Assembly (NCBI GenBank): GCA_965222225.1
Contig: CBDCTK010000002.1
Span: 5,088,001 to 5,152,000, forward strand
DNA: 64,000 nucleotides
Reading direction: 5' to 3'
Origin: Candidatus Poribacteria bacterium
Lineage (GTDB): Bacteria; Poribacteria; WGA-4E; JAJDTR01
This document shows positions 30,745 through 40,121 of this stretch, in pieces. Both the position numbers and the translations under genes were made by a program. Numbering within the stretch: position 1 is the first letter of the stretch; each line of letters begins with the position of its first letter. The notes beneath the pieces were generated by a model, which was not told the origin of the DNA, ran no database searches, and saw nothing but the letters and a program-made list of their open reading frames with translations.

Positions 30745-30930
30745 TCAGGTTGAGCCGGTATCGCATGCGGCTGACTTCTCGGTTCCGAGGGACGCAAATG
30801 GGGCAAAGACTTTTGCCGTGTCGAATGAATCACACTCCGGGCAGGCAAGTTCATCACCTGTTTCATTGATGCTTTGTAGGACTTCAAACTTCGACTCGCA
30901 CGTTTTGCATTGGTACTCATAAAGTGGCAT
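30745..30930 (-). CDS. FmdB-family zinc ribbon protein
   Basis: MPLYEYQCKTC...FE...CPECDS; GGAGG RBS. Confidence 0.92.
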   Translation of the reverse strand: MPLYEYQCKTCESKFEVLQSINETGDELACPECDSFDTAKVFAPFASLGTEKSAACDTGST

Positions 30931-30968
30931 TGTGTTCTTCCTCCACGGTTTTTACAATTCGGTGTATT

Positions 30969-31202
30969 TTATGCGTCTTGAATCTGAAAGAGCGGCGGCT
31001 TTATCCACGTGCCCTTGCATTTCGGACATCGCTGACACTGGGATGGCACAATAATCAATCGCTCTTGAGGCCGAACGGATTTCTCGATGTGCGGAATGTC
31101 TTCGAGAATCTCCTTGATATGCACCTTCAAGAAAATTGAGAGATCTTGCAACGAGAGCGCTTCGCCCTTAAGGATTTCTATAATTTCCTGGCGTCTGGTC
31201 AC
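30969..31202 (-). CDS. HTH + Zn-ribbon regulator (COG3357-like), internally shortened
   Basis: TRRQEIIEIL...EDIPHIEKS...RCPKCKGTWIKPP.F.I. Confidence 0.8.
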   Translation of the reverse strand: MTRRQEIIEILKGEALSLQDLSIFLKVHIKEILEDIPHIEKSVRPQERLIIVPSQCQRCPKCKGTWIKPPLFQIQDA

Positions 31203-31205
31203 GCG

Positions 31206-33704
31206 TTAACCTTCTCCCAGCACGCCGTTTCTCCGCTCGTGCTCACCGGTACGTCTGCCGCCTACCTTTTCCGCAATCGGATGAATAATCACCTTCACTT
31301 TCGTACCCTTGGCTGGAATCAGGTCGCCGTTGACACGGTAGGTTCGATCATCCGTGCCGCCCGAATGCGTATGATTGAAAATTGAGTCCGGATCTCGGTA
31401 AACGGCGATGATGTTGTGATGTACTTGCGGCGTAAACTGCGTGTTGTTAATGAGGCGTCCACCGGTGAAAACCCAGTTCGTTCGTTGCATTGTGCGACCT
31501 TCCATCGCGTTCCATATCAAATCCTCGGCTCGCCGCCGTACAACTTTCCCGCCTTGCTGCCACTCCACCCAAATTTCCGCTCGGTCGCCTCGTGGAGTGT
31601 GCGGATCGCCTTCTACGGTAAGGTTCAATCCCGGATTCATTCCGAGTTCAGCCCCCAACGCGAGGAATATGTGAATCGGTTCAGAATCAAGCATCAGAAC
31701 GCTCTCGTGGGTCTTGCCAAGTTTACCGCAGGCAAAAAACTCAATAATGGTATCGCCGTTAATGATGTTGATTTCGCCTGTTAACGTAACTTCGCGCTTG
31801 TTCACGTCGTAAACCACATCCCCGATTTGGAAAAGTCCTTCGCCAATTTCACGAGGCGGTGCTAGGGCTGGATCCGTCGCGCTAGTCGATTTGGAATAGA
31901 TAGTCAACTCCTGTGAATCGGCGTTGTTCTCCCTATTAAGGTCCTCAATTTGATTGTCGGGATCGACCACGGCGTATATTTGGCGTGCTCCTTCAGTCTG
32001 CGGTGCCCAATTTATGGATACGGTAGTCTCCCGGAGTTTCGGCGAGAAGATTGCCTCTTGAACCGCGATTTTCTCGCCGTCAACCTCCGGCGCATTGTCG
32101 TAGAAGTGAAGGCGAACAATCCCGTCAAAAGGCGCGCCCGTGTTGGTCAAAGTCAGGCTGATCCGTGTTGGTTCACCGACACGAGGCGAAGGCGGAGAAA
32201 ATCGAAGGCTGCGCGGAGCAACGCCCAGATTTGGGCGAGTCGCTTTCGGCAATTGGTGACTCAAAAACATCAACGCGAAACAAGTTGCGGAAGAGTCGCC
32301 GCCATCGTCCGTCCATCGTCCGTCCTGCTCCTGTCGAGCGACGAGCATATTCGAGATTTCCTGATACCAACTGTGACCTGCCAGTGTTGTTAGCTCCGGT
32401 GGGATGTCGGCGAAACGTTGAAGAGAGAGAAGATAGTAGTAGAGCCACAGATTTGATCCGGGGTTACGAGTAACTGACCAATGTTTCTTTATCCAGTCTA
32501 GCCCCTTCCTAATTTGGGCATCCTCGGTAGACACCTCGCAGGCGCGAAGTACCCAAAGCCCCGTTGCAGTCATGCTGCCATAGACACCGGTTGCCCATGG
32601 CGAGCCGTCGTCAACAAGATTGTAGAGCCAACCGCCGGTGTCCGTCTGATTCCGGCGAATCCATTTTTCGGCGCGGTCCCAGGTCTCTTGGGGAACATCC
32701 AATCCCCACTGCTTTGCCGCGTAAAGCGCATAGATCGCCATATTTGTGTGCGCGCCGTCAGCCGTGTATCCGTACCCCCAACCGCCATCGTCCCTCAGAT
32801 CTTCAAAGCCGCTACCCTTCAATGGAAGTTGAGTCGCCACAAGTTTGTTAATGGCAAATTGAGCGCGTTGCCGGTATTTGTCATCGTCCGTCGCAATCAA
32901 GACCGGCACGATAGCCGCGTATTGATAGACTGTGAAGTCATTCCAGTCCGCTTTCGCGTCCATAAAGAATTCGAGTCCTTTCGCTATTGACGGACGCGAC
33001 TGATCCAACCCTGCGGCGAAGAGCGCTTGTAAAACGAGAGCGGTTTCCTGCTTGCTATCCTCTCCGAAGTCCCAAGCCGGACCGGGGACTAAGTCCTTGG
33101 GCAGACCTTTAAGCGTCGCACCGCAAATCACGCAAGTTGAAATAAGCTGATTTTCGGTGCCGCATTGCAGACAAGTACGACTATGCTTGCCCTGCTGTGA
33201 TTCTAACCACTTTGCACCGTTTTGGAGGGCAGCTTGAATCCGTTCGGGCGTTGCATGGGGGAAAGTAACGGGTGTGGCAGTTATGGAGGTGTGAGTGATA
33301 TTGTCATCCCAATTGGATTCATGGATTCTTTTTTCGCCGGGCGGATTTATCACTGCGTAAATTTCTGTTGTACCGGCAGGTGGACGCCACTGTGCCTTTA
33401 CGTCGTCAGATTTCCCTGGCTCCAGACTTAGGATGACATCCTTGCACAGAATTTGGAGCGGGTTTGTGGCGGGGTCGCCTTCGTAGAGCTTGACTACAAG
33501 GTCTTCATTGAGTGTTGGTGCTGCATTCCCGATATTGTCCACACGAACGTAGATTGTTATCTCTTCTCCTTCAACCGGTTCCGAATTGGAGAACGTGATA
33601 TTTGCGGAATCAACAGCAAATTCAGGCAGAGCCGGTTGCTGAGCATGTGCGTCGAGAACACCCAAGAAGAATGTGACTGTGAGGAAAAGGTAGTGCTTTC
33701 GCAT
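31206..33704 (-). CDS. Secreted multidomain protein: CARDB + Zn-ribbon + prenyltransferase/squalene-oxidase repeats + CARDB + YdjY-like domain
   Basis: Signal peptide; CARDB motifs (PVEGEEITIYVRVDNIG, IYAVVDPDNQIEDLNRENN); CLQC...CVIC; QW-like repeats (WIRRNQTDTGGW, ARQEQDGRW); YdjY-like EFFAC...KTHES, WVFTG. Confidence 0.8.
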   Translation of the reverse strand: MRKHYLFLTVTFFLGVLDAHAQQPALPEFAVDSANITFSNSEPVEGEEITIYVRVDNIGNAAPTLNEDLVVKLYEGDPATNPLQILCKDVILSLEPGKSDDVKAQWRPPAGTTEIYAVINPPGEKRIHESNWDDNITHTSITATPVTFPHATPERIQAALQNGAKWLESQQGKHSRTCLQCGTENQLISTCVICGATLKGLPKDLVPGPAWDFGEDSKQETALVLQALFAAGLDQSRPSIAKGLEFFMDAKADWNDFTVYQYAAIVPVLIATDDDKYRQRAQFAINKLVATQLPLKGSGFEDLRDDGGWGYGYTADGAHTNMAIYALYAAKQWGLDVPQETWDRAEKWIRRNQTDTGGWLYNLVDDGSPWATGVYGSMTATGLWVLRACEVSTEDAQIRKGLDWIKKHWSVTRNPGSNLWLYYYLLSLQRFADIPPELTTLAGHSWYQEISNMLVARQEQDGRWTDDGGDSSATCFALMFLSHQLPKATRPNLGVAPRSLRFSPPSPRVGEPTRISLTLTNTGAPFDGIVRLHFYDNAPEVDGEKIAVQEAIFSPKLRETTVSINWAPQTEGARQIYAVVDPDNQIEDLNRENNADSQELTIYSKSTSATDPALAPPREIGEGLFQIGDVVYDVNKREVTLTGEINIINGDTIIEFFACGKLGKTHESVLMLDSEPIHIFLALGAELGMNPGLNLTVEGDPHTPRGDRAEIWVEWQQGGKVVRRRAEDLIWNAMEGRTMQRTNWVFTGGRLINNTQFTPQVHHNIIAVYRDPDSIFNHTHSGGTDDRTYRVNGDLIPAKGTKVKVIIHPIAEKVGGRRTGEHERRNGVLGEG

Positions 33705-33897
33705 GAGACTCTCTAAGAGATAATACTCTTGTAGGGTGGGCACTACCCACCATTTTTTAAGAAAAAGATGGTCGAACGCCTTTCAGCCATTGGAACAAAT
33801 CTGCTCTACAGCACGGCACGTTTCAAGCCTCATGAGAGTGGAATAATCAAGCCGACAAGTCCTCTCCCATCCATCTGTCCATCTTTCCAATCTTCTA

Positions 33898-34872
33898 CTA
33901 CTGCCCAGCCCAATTCCCAACCGAGACATGAGATGGCATAAGAATCTGGATACCAAACAGTTTCTCCCCTGACGCCGAGTATTTAGAAACTTCGCCTTGA
34001 AAGGTTGAACCTAGCTGATCAGCAACCCAAATGCCCCCGTCTTGTCCGTCAACGCCAATTGCGAGTATAGCTATACCCGCTGGAATTTCCATCGTTTTTT
34101 GACCACTTGGGGAGAGTTTAACTAACGTAGAGGCGTTGGCAACTAACCAGAGGCTCCCATCCTTGGCGTTGACATCTAGAGAGGTTGGCTTGGAAATGTC
34201 GGTGATGCGTAGCAGTTCTTGTCCCGTTGGACTCAGTTTGACCAAAACGCTTGCTTGGGTATCTGCCACCCACGCATTGCCTGTCTTCGGATTGACAGCG
34301 ACAAATTTCGGCTCTTTCAGTTGTGACTGACCGGTGGCAACAGCCGCGCCGTTAGCGTCATATCGAGTGGCAGTACCCCGAGAGTCGGTGACCCAGCAAC
34401 TACCATCCGTCGGGTTTACAGAGACATCGGGTTCGTGGACACCTGAAATTTCGGCGAGGACTTGACTGCCATCCGCCGAGACTTTCTTGACGACATTTTT
34501 CCCGCCAACCCATGCCGTGCTGTCACTAGTATTGATTGAAATTGACCGCGCGCCCGATATGTCCGCAATTGTTTTGAACACCGCGTTGGGATCGGTTGCT
34601 GCGGGATCGTATCTAAAGACTGTGTTTGCGGCGGACACGGAGATCCACACAACCCCGTTCTTCGGATCTACTTCTGCAGACTGTGCTTGCGTAAGATTTG
34701 GGATTACTGAGGAGTCCACGGATCCGTTTGGATAAACTTTGTAGACGGTATCACCGCCGCTAACTACCCAACACTCGCCGTTGTATGCGGCTTCCGAGTG
34801 GGTGAGTGAAAAACTCAATAATATAGCAAAGGCTATTAGTGCTTTGAAGTACGAGAAACGTCGTCGAATCAT
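33898..34872 (-). CDS. Secreted NHL-repeat / beta-propeller protein
   Basis: Signal peptide; ~7 repeats of [P]xx[VI]x[VI][ND]xxDGxxWV[AT]D...KLS. Confidence 0.88.
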   Translation of the reverse strand: MIRRRFSYFKALIAFAILLSFSLTHSEAAYNGECWVVSGGDTVYKVYPNGSVDSSVIPNLTQAQSAEVDPKNGVVWISVSAANTVFRYDPAATDPNAVFKTIADISGARSISINTSDSTAWVGGKNVVKKVSADGSQVLAEISGVHEPDVSVNPTDGSCWVTDSRGTATRYDANGAAVATGQSQLKEPKFVAVNPKTGNAWVADTQASVLVKLSPTGQELLRITDISKPTSLDVNAKDGSLWLVANASTLVKLSPSGQKTMEIPAGIAILAIGVDGQDGGIWVADQLGSTFQGEVSKYSASGEKLFGIQILMPSHVSVGNWAGQ

Positions 34873-34917
34873 TCTTCTTTCTCCCAATTCACAAAGAGTT
34901 AATTCAGCGTCTGTTGT

Positions 34918-35126
34918 TGATCATAAAGGGCTATTCAGATGTAGCAGAATCTTCAACGCCAAAGATTAACACATTCGACTGTTAATGTCCAAGCAATTTC
35001 AATGCCGTACTCTGAAGGCTGGGTTTACTTGATATTGTATGAAGATTAACGCCTGAGTTGTCTGAAACTTGAACACGGCGACCAATTATTGGACAGCCAG
35101 GGTTCGAGCAAGATTCATCGAGATCA
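34918..35126 (-). ncRNA. Candidate rod-like structured 5' leader of NHL/CARDB operon
   Basis: Nested stems UGAUC/GAUCA, GAAUCUU/AAGAUUC, UGUCCAA/UUGGACA, GCCGU/ACGGC, AGGC/GCCU; TATAAT at 35134-35139. Confidence 0.55.
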
Positions 35127-35167
35127 GTATCATATTATAACGTCTGATGTGACGGAGGCGTTGAGCG

Positions 35168-36232
35168 CTATTCGACATCTGTTTTCCGTCGATATGCCCG
35201 AAAGCTGGAAACTCCGTAGATTAACACAAAGAAGATAACTGTCGCTTGTATCACGAATGTCATTTTCGCCGAGATGCCTGCCATCTGCTGCATGGCGTCC
35301 GAGCCTGTCTTCAATGCCCCAAACAGCAGAGAGGACACGATAACCCACAGCGGATGGAGCTTCGCCAATAAGGCTACGGCGATTGCCGTATACCCGTACC
35401 CGGGCGAAAAGTTTAGAAACAGGCGTCGAGTCAGCGCGGTGAGTTCGATAGCCCCTCCCAGCCCGGCAAGGGAACCGCTAATGAAAAGCGCGAGTATAAC
35501 GTTCTTGGAAATCGAGATGCCGGCTGCCTGTGCCGCTTTCGGATTTGATCCCACGGCCCTTATCTGATATCCCAAAACGGTGCGAAACAGTACGATTGAC
35601 AATATAATGGCGAGAGCAATCGCTAGCGGGAGTCCGAGATGGAATCGCGTTTGCGGTATTAGACGCGGCAGATATGATGCGGCGGCAATCATGTCGCTTT
35701 GGGGACCGCGCTTCGCCGCCTCCTGTAACGGTCCGCCATCGACCATATAACTCAGAAGATAGATGGCTACATAGTTCAACATGATGGTACTGATGACTTC
35801 CTGCACACCGCGATATACTTTGAGTAAAGCCGCAATCAACGCCCAGATTCCACCTGCCATTGCTCCCACGAGTAGAGTTAGCGGAATAGCCAAGGTTGGT
35901 GGAAGATGCGGTGCAATCTGGGTTCCGCACCACGTGGATGCGATAGCGCCGAGCAGGAACTGGCCCTCCGCGCCGATATTCCAAATACCGCAGCGAAACG
36001 AAAAGGCAACTGCCAGCCCGGTGAGCAGGAAGGGAACGCTCTTGACCAATGTTTCCGTGATTCGGCGACCGTCACCGAATGCACCGACGACCGCAACCTG
36101 CATAGCTTCCCACGGATTGTAATTACAAAGCGTGAGAATGATTCCATTGGTGACGAGCGTCGAGAAAAGGATGGCAACCGGAAATAAAATCTGTCTCCGG
36201 CTTAGAGATGTGATCTTGGATAGGACGTTCAT
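35168..36232 (-). CDS. Nucleoside/sugar ABC transporter permease (NupB/YufP-like)
   Basis: NIGAEGQ, EVISTIMLNY, GYQIRAVGSN, GYGYTAIAVALL. Confidence 0.93.
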   Translation of the reverse strand: MNVLSKITSLSRRQILFPVAILFSTLVTNGIILTLCNYNPWEAMQVAVVGAFGDGRRITETLVKSVPFLLTGLAVAFSFRCGIWNIGAEGQFLLGAIASTWCGTQIAPHLPPTLAIPLTLLVGAMAGGIWALIAALLKVYRGVQEVISTIMLNYVAIYLLSYMVDGGPLQEAAKRGPQSDMIAAASYLPRLIPQTRFHLGLPLAIALAIILSIVLFRTVLGYQIRAVGSNPKAAQAAGISISKNVILALFISGSLAGLGGAIELTALTRRLFLNFSPGYGYTAIAVALLAKLHPLWVIVSSLLFGALKTGSDAMQQMAGISAKMTFVIQATVIFFVLIYGVSSFRAYRRKTDVE

Positions 36233-37746
36233 GGGTGGGTTTCGGCGCCCGTCATCAGTAACCCGAGGGCGGTCATATCGCTCCGCTTGGATGTGGCGTC
36301 AATCAAATTTCCGTTGGACATGACGAACACGCGATCGCTCAAGGCTAACGCTTCATCCAGTTCCGTGGAAATCAACAGCACCGCTTTTGACTTTTGCCGC
36401 CGCGCAATCAGGCTTTTATGCACGTATTCCGCCGCGCTAATGTCCAGTCCTCGCGTCGGGTTGACAGCGATTAACAGCGCCGGATCGCGAGAAATTTCTC
36501 GAGCTAAAACAATCTTCTGCTGGTTACCGCCAGAGAGGGCATGTGCCTCAATATCCTTGGATGGCGTGCGAATGTCGTAGTTCCTAATCAAGCGCTCCGA
36601 ATCATCGCCTATTCTTGTTTTATCAAGCAAAACTCGCTTACGATGCTCCCGAAGTTGGTGCACATCAAGTATTAGATTCTCGCTAATTGAGAAGTTGACG
36701 ACTAAGCCTGTGCTTTGTCTGTCCTCTGGAATGTACCCTACTCCCAAACCACGTATATCGGCGGTAGTCTTGTTCGTGATCGGCGTGTCAAATAATCTGA
36801 TTTCCCCGGATATAACCTTACGTAGCCCCATAAGCGCTTCCGCCAACTCCACTTGCCCATTTCCATCCACCCCGGCAATCCCTACAATCTCGCCTCGACG
36901 CACTTCAAGCGAGACGCCTTGGACGGCAATCTCGCCCCGATTTCCACGAATTACAGGGTTTTGCAGATGGAGCGCGGCATCCTCGGAGGCCACCTCCTCT
37001 CTCGGTCCTATATCGTCTTGCGTAGCCGGTGACTCATCTCCCATCATCTGCCGGGCGAGTTCTTGTGGCGAAGTGTCCGCCGTGTCCGTCACGTACGTCT
37101 TGCTTCCGTTTCGCATCACGGTCACGCGATTGCTAATCGTCATGACCTCCTTCAACTTATGGCTGATGAAGATGATTGAACGACCATCAATCCGTAGTTT
37201 TCGTAGGATGGAAAATAGTTCGTGAACCTCTTGAGGGGCGAGTACGGCGGTGGGTTCGTCAAGGATAAGGATTCGGGCGTCTGCCGCCAACGCCTTAAGG
37301 ATTTCCACACGTTGTTGGAGTCCGACCGACAATTGCCAAATATAGGCCTCCGGTTCAATGGCAAAACCAAATTGTTCGGACAACTCCCGCGTCTTCCGGT
37401 TTGCTTCGTCTCTGCGGAACCGAAATCGCTGATCTCGCAATCCAAGGGCGATATTCTCCGCGACGGTCAGGTTCTGGATGAGCAAGAAATGCTGGTGAAC
37501 CATTCCGACGCCGTGTGCAATGGCGTCGCGTGGGAAGCCAAGTCGGGTGGGTTCGCCGGAGATTCGGATCTCCCCGGCATCGGGCTGGTGCAAGCCATAG
37601 ATGAGATTCATCAGGGTGGATTTGCCGGCGCCGTTTTCACCCAGAACGGCATGGATTTCGCCCTTCTTTAGCTCGAAATCCACATTGTCAACCGCGACGA
37701 GATTCCCAAACGTCTTCGTGATGCCGTTCAGTTCAAGTACGTTCAT
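36229..37746 (-). CDS. Nucleoside ABC transporter ATP-binding protein (NupA/YufO-like, two ABC domains)
   Basis: GENGAGKST, GMVHQHF, LSVGLQQRVEI, GVDGNGQ, LSGGNQQK, PTRGLD. Confidence 0.96.
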   Translation of the reverse strand: MNVLELNGITKTFGNLVAVDNVDFELKKGEIHAVLGENGAGKSTLMNLIYGLHQPDAGEIRISGEPTRLGFPRDAIAHGVGMVHQHFLLIQNLTVAENIALGLRDQRFRFRRDEANRKTRELSEQFGFAIEPEAYIWQLSVGLQQRVEILKALAADARILILDEPTAVLAPQEVHELFSILRKLRIDGRSIIFISHKLKEVMTISNRVTVMRNGSKTYVTDTADTSPQELARQMMGDESPATQDDIGPREEVASEDAALHLQNPVIRGNRGEIAVQGVSLEVRRGEIVGIAGVDGNGQVELAEALMGLRKVISGEIRLFDTPITNKTTADIRGLGVGYIPEDRQSTGLVVNFSISENLILDVHQLREHRKRVLLDKTRIGDDSERLIRNYDIRTPSKDIEAHALSGGNQQKIVLAREISRDPALLIAVNPTRGLDISAAEYVHKSLIARRQKSKAVLLISTELDEALALSDRVFVMSNGNLIDATSKRSDMTALGLLMTGAETHP

Positions 37747-37918
37747 GTCCGAGGTGATACGTATTCTGCGGGAAGTGGATGGAACATCTCACCTATGCGT
37801 GGCGGTTAATTTGTCTTCTTGGATCTGTTTGCGTTGCTGGAGGTTGCGCGAAATGGTGAAATAGTGTAATGGTCAGGTGGACAATAGACATTTGCAACTG
37901 TTTCCTGCAAGAGGGGAA

Positions 37919-37967
37919 ATCTGCGATTTAATAATCGCAGATCGGCTTGGATTGTCAAATCCAAGCC
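37919..37967. repeat. Tandem perfect palindromes; second belongs to a GGATTGWCRAATCY hairpin family (also ~41668, ~47667)
   Basis: ATCTGCGATT-taat-AATCGCAGAT then GGCTTGGATT-gtca-AATCCAAGCC; cf. CGGTCTGGATTGACAAATCTAGACCG and CGGTCCGGATTGACGAATCCGGACTG. Confidence 0.75.
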
Positions 37968-38026
37968 TTGACCGATAAGGTTGTCAATCCGCGGAAGCAA
38001 TACGGTGTGTAAACTATCTCGTTGAC

Positions 38027-38250
38027 TGGGGCGTGTTGACATTTATGTGAGTTATGTGAGTTGTGCCCGCAATTCGCCGATATATACCCAATCGTAGGGG
38101 CGAGGTTCCCTCGCCCAATGGGTTGAGTAACCCAACCCCTACAGTCTCTAATCCGCCTACTCCCGTTTCCCGCTTCCGTTGGATTGAGCGTTGGGTTTCA
38201 CGGTTACCGTTCGACCCAACCTACGTGATGTCAAATGTCAACAGAACCTA
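38027..38250. mobile_element. MITE-like element carrying REP hairpins
   Basis: Terminal inverted repeat core TGTTGACATTT (38034-38044)/AAATGTCAACA (38233-38243); internal GTAGGGGCGAGG...CCCCTAC REP; no transposase. Confidence 0.55.
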
Positions 38251-38273
38251 ATACAGAGATGGTGAAATAGGCA

Positions 38274-39305
38274 TTACAAATCATCCACACCGAAATGGAT
38301 TCGGGGCACCTTGATTTGTTTGGCTAGAATCTGTGATTTGACTTCCTCGACTTTCTTTTTTACGTGCTCCGGTATTCGGTCGGCAAGTTCCGGGTTGTAG
38401 ACAACCTTTATCGCCTCGTCATTTGACATGGTCATGAAGAGCGATTTTGCTTCAAATGTGTCGTCTTTAACGCTCCTAGCAACCCGCACAAAGCAATCCA
38501 AAGAAATAACCGCGTTGGCAAGAATTGTTGTGGGCGAAACATGGCTCTGGTCACGGTTGGATCCGAAACAATAGACATCCTTTCCCGACTGGCGTGCGTT
38601 TTCCATCGCTTCGAACACGCCCCGTCCAGCCGCGTTCGCATTGTGGAAGATGAAGTCGATTCCCTCGTTTATTTGTGCCAACGCAATTTCCTTCGCTTTG
38701 CCGATGTTATCCCAATCCCCCACATACGCGCGGCGCACCTCCGCTTCCGGATTCGCGGCTTTCACCCCGCCTTCAAACGCCATAAATGTGCTGTTGATTG
38801 AAGGGATGTTTTGACCGCCGACCACGGCAACCTTGCCGGTTTGCGTCATCATTCCTGCAATAATCCCGAGCAGGTAAGTGGCTTCCTCCATTTCAAACAC
38901 AATCGGTGCGACGTTCTTCAGTATTGTGCTTCCCGACGAGGTAATAAACACTGTCCCCGGAAAGTCGGGAGCAACCGCTTTGGCAGAATCTTGATATTCG
39001 TATCCGTGCCCAAAAACCAGATTGTATCCATTCTGTGCGTACGACCGAAAATGGTCTTCCTGATCAGCCGGTGTGCGGCTCTCGATATGACTAATCTGAG
39101 CGCCGAGTTCCTTCTCAATGGCTTTAAGCCCCTCGAAAGCCAGAGCATTCCAACCGGCATCGCTGACCGAACCGGGCGCTAACAACGCTACCTTGAAGGG
39201 TTTTTCCGTTGACTTCTTATCGCAGCCAATCATTCCGAGTAGACATACTGTTCCAAAAATCAAAAGCAGAGCCAAAACCTTAAAAGAATTGTGCTTCATC
39301 TGCAT
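38274..39305 (-). CDS. BMP-family nucleoside ABC substrate-binding lipoprotein
   Basis: Lipobox MIGC; DAGWNALAFEG, LVFGHG, YLLGIIAGMMT, AF..G. Confidence 0.93.
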   Translation of the reverse strand: MQMKHNSFKVLALLLIFGTVCLLGMIGCDKKSTEKPFKVALLAPGSVSDAGWNALAFEGLKAIEKELGAQISHIESRTPADQEDHFRSYAQNGYNLVFGHGYEYQDSAKAVAPDFPGTVFITSSGSTILKNVAPIVFEMEEATYLLGIIAGMMTQTGKVAVVGGQNIPSINSTFMAFEGGVKAANPEAEVRRAYVGDWDNIGKAKEIALAQINEGIDFIFHNANAAGRGVFEAMENARQSGKDVYCFGSNRDQSHVSPTTILANAVISLDCFVRVARSVKDDTFEAKSLFMTMSNDEAIKVVYNPELADRIPEHVKKKVEEVKSQILAKQIKVPRIHFGVDDL

Positions 39306-39342
39306 TCAGTATTTCCTCCGCATGGGTTTTCGAGATTTAGTC

Positions 39343-39593
39343 ATATTGGGAGTAGTTGTTACGAGCACCGGCATCCTTACTAGGTCACACTAAGACGGTG
39401 GTTCAACCTATAGTGCATGGAGGGACATACCTTGAGATTAGTTCGGATCGCGTGCTGAACAACTGAATCGCATAGGGGGCACCAGCCATCAGTATACAGT
39501 TCGCCTTGTCATCTAATGAATAAGTGCTACTTGTTCAGCCTCTAATTCTTTCCCGAATGCGTGAATATAAAGGGCAAAGGGGTACGCCAATAC
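39343..39593 (-). ncRNA. Candidate ~250-nt rod-like RNA (leader of BMP gene or independent sRNA)
   Basis: Seven nested stems from GUAUUGG/CCAAUAU inward to GAUU(C)AGUU/AACUAAUC; begins at predicted +1 of a perfect promoter. Confidence 0.62.
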
Positions 39594-39597
39594 AAAA

Positions 39598-39626
39598 ATT
39601 ATAGCACATTGAGGGGTACTTGTCAA
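39598..39626 (-). promoter_or_regulatory. Perfect consensus sigma70 promoter
   Basis: Minus strand TTGACA-AGTACCCCTCAATGTGC(17)-TATAAT. Confidence 0.9.
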
Positions 39627-40121
39627 TTGTGTGCCCTTAGACGAGACAGGACAATCGCATCTAATTTTGAGAGTATTGTAGGGTCGGCATTGCCCACTGC
39701 TTCTCAGCCTTATTCATTCACCACATGCGAAGCACAGCGCGCAATCTGCAATCATCAACTCTCCGATTTCCTCTCTTTCATCTTATAACAACACCGATTC
39801 GGTGCGTTTAATCCGTGAAATCCGTTAATCCGATCAAACGCGTGGATAGCGAGGTCGATAGATATCCCTTAATCGGCGATTCAGACAATTGCCAAAACCC
39901 CCTGTCTCGGTTAGACAATCATCAACTCCCCGATTCACCCCCTTATTTTCACTTTCACATTCGTTGTACGTCAAGTTTAGAGCAAGAAAGGCCACTTCCC
40001 TCCAACCAACAATCAGATGCGATTGCCCCGAGATTTACAGGATTTCTCCTTGACTAAGTGGATTCCCGATGTTATGATTACCCGTGGGAATCTTACGTGA
40101 ATTGGTTGGACTGAGTCCGAG

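Noticed and set aside
39343-39593. Assignment of the rod leaders to SRP RNA, tmRNA or lysine/TPP/cobalamin/purine riboswitches
   Set aside because: Diagnostic motifs (e.g. SRP CAGG..GGAA..AGCAGC, tmRNA tRNA-like ends, TPP CUGAGA) are not present by eye; left unassigned pending cmscan.
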